Below, in pieces: positions 38,471-46,185 of a stretch of DNA of 64,000 bases; the stretch's first letter is position 1, and every line of letters begins with the position of its first letter. Source of the stretch: a virus (taxonomy: Duplodnaviria > Caudoviricetes). The stretch spans positions 737 to 64,736 of the IMG/VR virus record IMGVR_UViG_3300017990_000017; one strand, written 5' to 3'. The notes under the pieces were generated by a model that was not told where the DNA came from, did not search any database, and was given only the letters and a program-made list of their open reading frames with translations. The position numbers and the translations under genes are program-made.

Positions 38471-38827
38471 GCGCGCAAGGGCGCGGACGTGGTCTTCAGC
38501 CAGGAGCCGCCGCCACCGGAGCCCGAAACAGTGCGCCGCCCGGCCCGGGTCGCCCGGACGCTGGCCCTGGCGCACCGCCTCCAGCGGGCCATCGACAGCG
38601 GCGAGATCCAGGACCGCGCCACGCTCGCCCGCCAGTACGGGCTCACCCGCGCCCGGGTCACCCAGCTCCTGAACCTGACGCTGTTGGCCCCCGACATCCA
38701 GGAGCAGGTCCTCGCGCTCGAAGCGGTCGATGGGCTGGAGCCCACCAGCGAGCGGGCGCTCCGGGAGGTGTCGTGGGCGATGGAGTGGGAGGAGCAGCGG
38801 CGGCGGTGGGCGAAAATTGTGGGATAA
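38471..38827 (+). pseudogene. 5'-truncated gene of the type found beside serine recombinases in bacterial genomic islands
   Basis: LALAHRLQRAIDSGEI.DRATLAR..GLTRARVTQLLNLTLLAPDIQE. The frame is entered at the left junction with no convincing RBS/start. Confidence 0.55.
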
Positions 38828-38854
38828 ACACCTGAACACCTGCCCAGTTTTGGC

Positions 38855-38884
38855 TTGCACTCTCTTGTACTCTGTTGTACTCAC
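38855..38884 (+). repeat. Three tandem 10-bp repeats (putative operator)
   Basis: TTGCACTCTC TTGTACTCTG TTGTACTCAC, 5 nt before ATG 38890. Confidence 0.55.
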
Positions 38885-38889
38885 GAGAC

Positions 38890-39111
38890 ATGGAACCGAT
38901 TGCTCACAGCCAGGACAAGGCACTTACTGTCCATGAAGTTGCTGATCTACTCAAGGTCAATGAGCGGACAGTGTATCGCTTGGCATGCAAGGGCATGCTT
39001 CCAGGGTTCAAGGTCGCTGGTACATGGCGATTCATGGCAAATGACGTTTCCGAATGGATAAAAAACGAAAAAGAGAAAGCTCGGGTCGCAGGAACGGGAG
39101 GTCACAAGTGA
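38890..39111 (+). CDS. Excisionase-family HTH DNA-binding protein
   Basis: LTVHEVADLLKVNERTVYRLA..G.LPGFKV.GTWRF. Confidence 0.85.
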   Translation: MEPIAHSQDKALTVHEVADLLKVNERTVYRLACKGMLPGFKVAGTWRFMANDVSEWIKNEKEKARVAGTGGHK

Positions 39112-40130
39112 AAAGACCGGTAGCAATGGAGATATGCGCCGGTGGCGGCGGACAAGCCCTGGGTCTCGAACTCGCGGGATTCGACCATGCTGCCGTAGTT
39201 GAGATCGACTCTGCAGCGTGTGCAACGCTGCGTCAGAATCGACCCTCATGGAATGTAGTTGAAGGAGACCTGAAAGAGTTCGACGGAAAGCCATACCGGG
39301 GAATTGATCTATTGGCGGGAGGTGTTCCCTGTCCGCCGTTTTCCATTGCTGGGAAACAGCTCGGAGCCGATGACGAAAGGGATCTTTTCCCGGAGGCTCT
39401 GCGTCTTGTCAGAGAGACCAAGCCACGTGCAGTGTTGCTCGAAAACGTGCGGGGGCTTGCATCACCGAAATTTGCAGATTATCGAGCGGGAATCATTCAA
39501 AAACTAGGTCGAATGGGATACCGCGCGGACTGGCGCCTTCTCAACGCCAGCGATTTCGGTGTCCCGCAACTTCGTCCTAGATTTATTCTAGTTGCACTTC
39601 GCAAGGAAATTGCAGACCGTTTCGAGTGGCCTGAGCCCATCGGCAGTCCGCCAACCGTCGGTGCGACGCTGAAGGATCTGATGTCGTCTGGCGGCTGGGC
39701 TGGGGCCGACAATTGGGCGAAGAGAGCAGCGGATATTGCACCCACTGTTGTTGGAGGATCAAAGAAACACGGTGGGCCAGACTTGGGTCCAACTCGGGCC
39801 AAAAGGCAGTGGCTCGAACTTGGAGTCGATGGCTTGGGGATAGCGTACGACCCGCCCGGTCCTGATTTTCCAAAGGAAGGTACTCCGAAACTCACGGTTA
39901 AGATGGTTGCCCGTGTTCAAGGCTTCCCCGATGCATGGGAGTTCTCTGGCAAGAAGACCGCTGCATATAGGCAAGTCGGCAACGCATTTCCACCACCGGT
40001 CGCAACGGCTGTTGGAAAGGCCATTCTCAATGCTTTGTCCGAAAATGGGAAGTCGGTGAATCCTGACCGGGGACTGACCGGTCTTCCATTACTGGAGATG
40101 ATGGAGAGGGCGGAACAACAGAATACCTAG
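39108..40130 (+). CDS. dcm: C5-cytosine DNA methyltransferase, M.NaeI/M.NgoMIV-like (likely GCCGGC)
   Basis: Motifs EICAGGGG, GGVPCPPFS, ENVRG, QLRPR and YRQVGNA. The variable region APTVVGGSKKHGGPDLGPTRAK is closely similar to M.NaeI as recalled. GTG start with GGAGG. Confidence 0.9.
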   Translation: MKRPVAMEICAGGGGQALGLELAGFDHAAVVEIDSAACATLRQNRPSWNVVEGDLKEFDGKPYRGIDLLAGGVPCPPFSIAGKQLGADDERDLFPEALRLVRETKPRAVLLENVRGLASPKFADYRAGIIQKLGRMGYRADWRLLNASDFGVPQLRPRFILVALRKEIADRFEWPEPIGSPPTVGATLKDLMSSGGWAGADNWAKRAADIAPTVVGGSKKHGGPDLGPTRAKRQWLELGVDGLGIAYDPPGPDFPKEGTPKLTVKMVARVQGFPDAWEFSGKKTAAYRQVGNAFPPPVATAVGKAILNALSENGKSVNPDRGLTGLPLLEMMERAEQQNT

Positions 40131-40167
40131 TGAGAATCTGGGCGAAACTGATGACCGATGGGGCGAA

Positions 40168-40559
40168 TTACTTCTTTTTGTCAGTGACGTACTCGGCTAC
40201 CGCTTCCGCAACGCAGAGACCCAGACTTTTGCCCGTGTCGATGGAGTATTGCTTCAGCGCCACCTCTACATCGCGAGAAACCTGTACCAGCAGCCGCCGC
40301 CCAACTCGTTCTGGGAACGCCCATGAGCATTCCTGGCATTCAAGTTCGCAATCCGCACACGCTCTTCGTTTGCCGACGTTACACTCCACGCATAGCGGCT
40401 GCCAGTTGGTAATGTCGTGTGACCCACCTCGCTTGAGAGGGACTTTGTGGTCGGCTTGCAGCCCCCGCACTCCAGCCGCGAACTTCCGATCGCAAACTGC
40501 ACACCGGTACCTTGCACGGTTGAAGAGATCCTTTTTTTGGCCCTCGGTGAGAGAGTACG
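40168..40559 (-). pseudogene. HNH endonuclease (probable cognate REase), 5'-truncated at the insertion junction
   Basis: CAVC..LQADHKVP..GG....NWQPLCVECNVGK..C..C. Convergent with the MTase; the track start (40584) lies outside the insert. Confidence 0.7.
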
Positions 40560-42187
40560 AGAGGGAAAAATCGACGGCCGACACGAGTTTGGATGACCTT
40601 GAGGAGGGAGAGGACTACGTCCGGTGCCAAGTGTGCGGGATGGCGGCCAAGTCACTGTCGAGCCACATCCGGGTCCACGGTTTGAATTGGGTCGAGTACG
40701 CCCGGAAGTTCCCTGGATTCTCGCTGTGGTCGAGGAAATCTTACGAATACCGGAGGGCCCGCCTTCAAGAGACCCATCGGAGAGCGGGGATCACAGAGAA
40801 GGACTTTGCCCCGTACACGGACGAGAACGGGGACCTTGTGGTGGCGGCTGCCGCCAAAGGTTTGAAATTCTCGCAGGGCACCATCCGGGAGTACGCCAAA
40901 CTTCTCGACGTCCCCACCCGGAACCGGCTCTCGGCTCAGAAGCAGGTGCTGGACCTCATCTCTGGTGTTTTGGGGGAGAGGTACGTGTGGGAGTGGTCTG
41001 ACGATAGGGTGCGGAGCCCGGACACGGGCGCCCTCCTCTACTACGACGGTTTCTTCAGAAGGCACAACCTTCTCGTCGAGTATCACGGCCCGCAGCATTT
41101 CCAGTTCGTCCCTCGGTGGCACAGGACCCCGGAGGGGTTCGATCGACAGCAGGATATCGACAGATACAAAGCGCGGCGGGCCGAGGAGCTGGGTATCGAG
41201 CTGGTCGTCGTACGTCATACGGACGACATCAGCGAGGAGAACCTGCGGAGCATCCTCCAGAACCGCGTGGGGTATCAAGAGAGGCAGCAGCGGCGGGAGG
41301 CCGCTGCTGAGGCTGCGATGGAGCGTTTGCGCGGCAGCGATTTCCCTCTCCCCGAGCAGCCCTCCCCCGAGGAGGCTTCGGAGGTGTTGGAGAAATTGAG
41401 GAGGCTGCGGCAGCGGGAGGAAGAGGGAATTGTCCTGCCCCGCTCGTACACCGGCAACGCGCTGTGTCGCAGGTATTTCCCCAACATTTACAAAGCCCGA
41501 CGCAAGGGGCACCCCTCTGCCGTCGAGTGCTGGGAAAACGACCAAGAGCTTCGCAGGGCGGTTCTGACGCAGATCGACGCCGGACACCCCACAACCCCTG
41601 AGCGCGTTCTCAAAGCTTTGACGTTTCACCACAGGCTCCCCGCAGTGTTCCGTCCCGCCTTCGCCCGTTTCATCTACGAGAAGTTTGCGCGGCCTGGGGA
41701 CTTGGTCTGGGACCCTTGCTCCGGCTACGGGGGGCGCCTCCTGGGGGCCGCTGCCGCGAGGGTCCGCTACATCGGCACAGACATCGAGCCGGAGACCGTC
41801 GAGGGCAACCTCGCTCTGGCCGCCGACATCGGATACAAGGCCGACGTCAGGCTTGTGTCCGCCTTGGACGCCGACATCCCCGAGGTGGCTCTGGTGTTCA
41901 CGTGTCCCCCTTATTTTGACATGGAGCAGTACTCCGACCGCGAGGGGCAGCCGCACGTCTCCTATGACGGGCGCTCCGACTGGATCGAGAGGTTCCTGTT
42001 CCCTCTGGTGGGACGGGCCTCCGGGGCGCTGTCGACGGGAGGGCGTCTGGTTTTCGTCCTCCCGGACGACCTTCACGTCGCCTCGTCGCCCGAGATCCTC
42101 CGGAAAGGTTTCGTCTGGGACGCAGAGATCGGTTTCGAGCTCCCGAACGGCAAGGTCTCCAAGGCCGTCGCCTATCGTAAAAAGTAG
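40560..42187 (+). pseudogene. 3' part of the split gene: zinc finger + PD-(D/E)XK nuclease + amino-DNA methyltransferase
   Basis: EDYVRCQVC..HIRVH finger; YYDGF....LLVEYHGPQH nuclease; WDPCSGYGGRLLG..YIGTD SAM-binding motif; FTCPPYF motif IV variant. Confidence 0.75.
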
Positions 42188-42221
42188 TGCTCGTTCGTCT
42201 ATAGCTCTCCGTATCGCAGAG
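42188..42221 (+). promoter_or_regulatory. Putative late promoter motif, copy 7 (degenerate)
   Basis: TGCTC-N7-TATA-N12-GCAGAG, with ATG 3 nt later. Confidence 0.4.
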
Positions 42222-42224
42222 AGC

Positions 42225-42419
42225 ATGAGCGACAGCAGCGGCTACATGAACGTGCCTCCCACCGAGCTCGCTCGGATGGTCAAGGGGGAGCGAGATCCCG
42301 AAAAGCGCAGGGAGATGCAGAAGGCACTCGACGCTTGGCGGCTGACCCAGGGGAACCCCCTCGCTCGAAGTGCACAGCGCGTGGCGCGCTCGTGGCTGTC
42401 CTCGTTTGTCTGTTTATAG
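42225..42419 (+). CDS. Small protein (64 aa) with C-terminal RVARxWL motif
   Basis: MSDSSGYMNVPPTELAR...AQRVARSWL. It is the 3' end of track ORF 41685..42419 and sits between two promoter motifs. Confidence 0.5.
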   Translation: MSDSSGYMNVPPTELARMVKGERDPEKRREMQKALDAWRLTQGNPLARSAQRVARSWLSSFVCL

Positions 42420-42437
42420 GCGGCACTTTGAGTAGAG
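42403..42437 (+). promoter_or_regulatory. Putative late promoter motif, copy 8
   Basis: CGTTT-N7-TATA-N13-GTAGAG upstream of the tail tube gene. Confidence 0.55.
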
Positions 42438-42510
42438 GGACTGATCTTGTCCCATTTTGCGCGGTCCTGGTCCCCTGTTGGGCCCAGCCGCCTCACCGAG
42501 AGGAAGGCCA

Positions 42511-43302
42511 ATGCCAAACACGGATTTGATGCCCGCCAACAGCGTCCAGGGCTCGAGCTACATCTACGACTTCGGTACGTCGCCTCAGACGCGCACCGCT
42601 GTCTCCCAGAAGGTGCGGCTTCTGACCCCGGCGTACGGTTCCAACGAGCAGCTCATGTTCCAGATGGGCGTGCTGAGTTCGTTCACGCCGAACGAGACGC
42701 GCACCATCGACACGCTTCGTGGCATCGGTTTCGGCGACATGATCGCCGAGCTCGTCCCGAGCGTGACGGAGGCCATGACAGCGGGCTTCGAGCGCGCCCT
42801 GCTCTACCTCAGCAACCTGTGGCAGGCCACGGGTTACGCTGGTGGCGCCAGCGGCCCGGTGCGTTCGCTTCGTCACCACCGTTGGCCCTTCGACATCGAG
42901 CAGCAGCTCGTTTTCTCGAACATCGCTGACTTCGACCTGACCGGTCAGTCCGGTGTCGGGTTCAACGGCGGCGGCGGCACCTTCGACGGTGGCGTCAAGT
43001 CGATCCAGTACCCGCAGGTCACCAACGACCCTCAGAACAACCCCGCTGACGCGCGAGCCCACACGGCGATCATCACGCTCTACGAGACGTGCTGGTTCAA
43101 CTCGTGGTCGCTCACGAACCTCAGCCGCGATACGGGCATGTTGATGGAAACCGGCGACGTGACCATCTCCGACGTGCACGACTTCTCGTCCGAGTACGGC
43201 GAGTTCCTCGCGACTGGTAACGACCCGACCATCGGCCAGGTGGGTTCGGTGCGTTTCAACGCCAGCACTCAGCGCGCGGCTTCTGACTTCATCACCGCCT
43301 AG
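42511..43302 (+). CDS. Tail tube protein
   Basis: ATG 42511 with GAGGAAGG RBS. GVLSSF.P.E.R.I...RGIG.G..IAELVP and LYETCWFNSWS tube-like motifs; lies between sheath and tape measure. Confidence 0.75.
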   Translation: MPNTDLMPANSVQGSSYIYDFGTSPQTRTAVSQKVRLLTPAYGSNEQLMFQMGVLSSFTPNETRTIDTLRGIGFGDMIAELVPSVTEAMTAGFERALLYLSNLWQATGYAGGASGPVRSLRHHRWPFDIEQQLVFSNIADFDLTGQSGVGFNGGGGTFDGGVKSIQYPQVTNDPQNNPADARAHTAIITLYETCWFNSWSLTNLSRDTGMLMETGDVTISDVHDFSSEYGEFLATGNDPTIGQVGSVRFNASTQRAASDFITA

Positions 43303-43469
43303 TAGGAGTTTTACGGGTAGGGTGAGACTGAGTGTCTTGCCCTACCCAGGTGCCCTCCTCATCCGAGGAGTGGTTTTTGAGCAACCCGAGCAATCGGTGG
43401 AAGGCGTCTCCGACGCAAACGAAATGTGAAAAAGATGGGAACGAACGGACCCTTCTCGAGCTGTTCGCC

Positions 43470-43495
43470 CTTCCTCCCCTCCGGGGACGGTCAGA
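43470..43495 (+). promoter_or_regulatory. Conserved leader hairpin element, copy C (in a 280-nt intergenic region)
   Basis: CTTCC-TCCCC-TCC-GGGGA-CGGTCAGA. Confidence 0.5.
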
Positions 43496-43582
43496 TGAAG
43501 ATGAAGATGGGATCGAACACACACACCAAGTTTGCGCTGTGACCGCGACCCACCGACTTGCTCCACAGATGTGGAGACAGTC

Positions 43583-44935
43583 ATGGTCAACCTGAAGGCT
43601 CTCGAAGCCGCCATCAACAGAGTCGAGAACGTCCGCCACCACGAATTCACGTTCGAGGTGAGTGGTCAAGCAATTACAATCCGGATCCTCAAACCTGAAG
43701 AGGAATCCGAGGTTCAGAAGTACGCTCAGATCGCGCTCGAGAGCGTCGATCCTGACGGGCCGCCCGATCAGGGCGCCTACATGGACCTGATGAACCGGAT
43801 GCGTCAGGCGACACTCGGGCACGCCATCGTGCAGCTCGGTGACATCGACTTGCGCGGTGTCGAGTTTCTTCAGACCGGAGAACACGACGACAACGGCATC
43901 CCGATCTCCGTCCCCAAGTGGGAGGCCATTACCAACATGGTGGCCGAGTGGAGCCAGCAGATGCTCAGTGAGGTTTCCAAGAAGTACGGGGATCTTGTTG
44001 ACCGGGTAGACATCCACGCTGACAAGGTCGTCAAGTACGACCCCGTTGACCTGGATACTGAGATCGAGCGTGTCGAGAAGCGTCTGAAGGATCTGCGTGA
44101 AGCCAAGAGCAAGCGCGATGGCGCCGCTACTGGTGGACCTGTTCCGCAGGCGCAGTCCGGCGAGATCAACACGAGGCCAACGCCGCAAGCTCAGCCTCAA
44201 GCCCAACCTCGGTCCCAACAATCGTCGCCGCCTCCGAGTCAGCCTCAACCGCCTCAGCAGCAACCACAGGCCCCTCAGAGCCCACAGGGGCGCCAGTCGG
44301 CGGTTCCTCAAGCCGCACCGCCCCCGCAGCGAGCTCCGCAACAGGAGGCCGCACAGGAGCCTCAAGAGGGGCAGCCGCAGCAGTTCGTGGATGAGCAAGG
44401 CATCTTGCTTCCTGACGGGGGCGACTCTTTCTTCGACCCCTCCGATCCGGGGCAGGCGATGGAGATCGAGGCGCGTCGGCAGGCCATGCTTCACCAGCAG
44501 CACTTGGCTCGTCAGCGAGCCAAGGCTCAGGAAGAGCAGATGCGCCGTGAGATGGGCATCCCGTCCGCACAAGAGCACGCACGGCAGATGGCTGAGGGTC
44601 AGCGGCAGGCGTCGCGTCCCAACGCTGTGGATCTTTCGAAGCCTGCGGGAGGAGCAGCAGCCGGAGTTCGCCAGGCTGCCAACCTACACAATGCAGTGTT
44701 CGATCCTCAGACGAACTCGGTGCAGCCCGGTCGTCCTCAGCGAGCTCAGCCTCAACCAGGAGGTGCAGGGAAGCCTGCGGAGCTCCATGGCAAGCCTGTC
44801 TTCAAGATGCCGGCTCAGACGTTGGACCGTCCCGAGGCTCCAAAGCGGAAACACGGGGAACCTGCCCCGGGTCCCGTGCAGATGAACCCGTCGGCTGGCG
44901 GTCGCAACCCCAACTTCCGCCCAAAGGGTTCGTAG
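43583..44935 (+). CDS. Putative tail assembly chaperone with Pro/Gln-rich C-terminal half
   Basis: ATG 43583 with GGAG RBS; ITIRILKPEEE motif; located between tube and tape measure. Confidence 0.55.
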   Translation: MVNLKALEAAINRVENVRHHEFTFEVSGQAITIRILKPEEESEVQKYAQIALESVDPDGPPDQGAYMDLMNRMRQATLGHAIVQLGDIDLRGVEFLQTGEHDDNGIPISVPKWEAITNMVAEWSQQMLSEVSKKYGDLVDRVDIHADKVVKYDPVDLDTEIERVEKRLKDLREAKSKRDGAATGGPVPQAQSGEINTRPTPQAQPQAQPRSQQSSPPPSQPQPPQQQPQAPQSPQGRQSAVPQAAPPPQRAPQQEAAQEPQEGQPQQFVDEQGILLPDGGDSFFDPSDPGQAMEIEARRQAMLHQQHLARQRAKAQEEQMRREMGIPSAQEHARQMAEGQRQASRPNAVDLSKPAGGAAAGVRQAANLHNAVFDPQTNSVQPGRPQRAQPQPGGAGKPAELHGKPVFKMPAQTLDRPEAPKRKHGEPAPGPVQMNPSAGGRNPNFRPKGS

Positions 44936-44938
44936 TCT

Positions 44939-46183
44939 GTGCAGCTTTCCACCACCACGCCAGAGCAGCGATCGAGCATCTACGAGGATGTTCGAGCTCT
45001 GATTTCCCCTGGTTTTCTCGTTCACCATATCAGCGTCAACGGAACTCGTTTCGTACTTCGTTCGCTGAGCGATGACGACTGGTTTGTGTTGCGAACACGC
45101 ACCTGGGGAGCTTCGGTGAAAGAGTGGAAGGCGTGGATGGTGAGCTCGGCGTGTTGGATGGTGGATGGCCAGATCACGCTGGGAGAAGATGAGGCTCAGT
45201 ACCGGATTTTCGAGATGTGCATGACGATGCCCGACTCCATCCTCGGGGATCTCGACATGGTCGTTACTGCGTTGATGAAGCGCGTACAAGAGGCGGCCTA
45301 TCGAGTCGAGAGCTTCATGTATGAGGACGAGTCACGGGTTTTGTGGACCTCTCAGGGCGGCTCTGAACTGCACACGTATTTTCACGGTCGTCAGGTTGCG
45401 AACAACGCGGTTCGTCGAATTTGGTCCTACTACAACCACATCGAAGATGAACGGATCCAGAACGACTACCTCTGGTCGATGGCCAAGTTCCAGGCCAGCC
45501 CTCACGCCCCGAAGGGTGTGAAGAAGATCCAGGCGCAGGACCAGAAGAACCGAAACGAGGAGAAGCGTCGGCGTCAGAAGATCATGGACCGGATCTTCTA
45601 CGAGGCTCAGGGGCTTGTGCCTCGAGCCTCGAAGAAAGAACTTCGGCGAGGTGCTGGAGGTCCTTGGCAAGACGTGCATATGGCGGAGACCGAGGAAGAG
45701 CTCCATGAGGTCATGCGCCGGTGGGTTGCTGGCATCAAGGACGATCACGACCGTGTCGTGGATGGGGTCAAGTCTCGGATCAAGGCAGAGGTCGAAGGGC
45801 GGAAGCTCAAGGCTGAAGCGCAACGGAAGGCACTTGCTTCGGCGCTCGAGGAAGAAGGCATCACCAAGAGCCAGCTCGTTCCGATTGCGGGGCAGGCGGG
45901 ACAGGATTTCCTCAACCGAGTGCGGAGCCGGGTCGGTGGCACCTCGAAGGTGCTTCAGGACGCCACGCACAACAGCGCGTACGACAAGTACATCGCAAAG
46001 AACCCAGAGGTCGGCAATCTCGTTGTGGATGACGAAGGCCGCATCCTATCGAGTCAAGACGTGGACCCGAGCATGGTCAACATGATGCTCCGTCCCGATG
46101 ACGGTGAGGAGGGCATGACACTACAAGAGCGGGTCCAGAAACGGCGTCCAACAGCGGTGTTCCGAGATGAGGAGGATAGCTAG
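44939..46183 (+). CDS. Second tail-assembly-chaperone-like protein
   Basis: FVLRSLSDDD N-domain; directly precedes the tape measure gene. Confidence 0.45.
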   Translation: MQLSTTTPEQRSSIYEDVRALISPGFLVHHISVNGTRFVLRSLSDDDWFVLRTRTWGASVKEWKAWMVSSACWMVDGQITLGEDEAQYRIFEMCMTMPDSILGDLDMVVTALMKRVQEAAYRVESFMYEDESRVLWTSQGGSELHTYFHGRQVANNAVRRIWSYYNHIEDERIQNDYLWSMAKFQASPHAPKGVKKIQAQDQKNRNEEKRRRQKIMDRIFYEAQGLVPRASKKELRRGAGGPWQDVHMAETEEELHEVMRRWVAGIKDDHDRVVDGVKSRIKAEVEGRKLKAEAQRKALASALEEEGITKSQLVPIAGQAGQDFLNRVRSRVGGTSKVLQDATHNSAYDKYIAKNPEVGNLVVDDEGRILSSQDVDPSMVNMMLRPDDGEEGMTLQERVQKRRPTAVFRDEEDS

Positions 46184-46185
46184 CG

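Larger units (their letters stand above)
38462..40559. mobile_element. Inserted restriction-modification-like segment flanked by the 9-bp direct repeat GAGAGTACG
   Basis: Repeat at 38462-38470 and 40551-40559. Most of the interior is visibly less GC-rich. No transposase or terminal inverted repeats seen. Confidence 0.75.

Noticed and set aside
38471-38835. C-terminal part of track ORF 37858..38835
   Set aside because: Out-of-frame read-through into the insert (Pro/Gly/Arg-rich); the coding frame there is the one ending at 38827.
38471-40550. Insertion sequence or transposon, suggested by the 9-bp duplication
   Set aside because: No transposase and no convincing terminal inverted repeats; reported as an unexplained insertion instead.
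40130-40559. N-terminal ~140 aa of track ORF 40130..42187 as real protein
   Set aside because: It is the antisense of the HNH gene inside the insert; meaningful sequence starts at the junction (REYEREKS).
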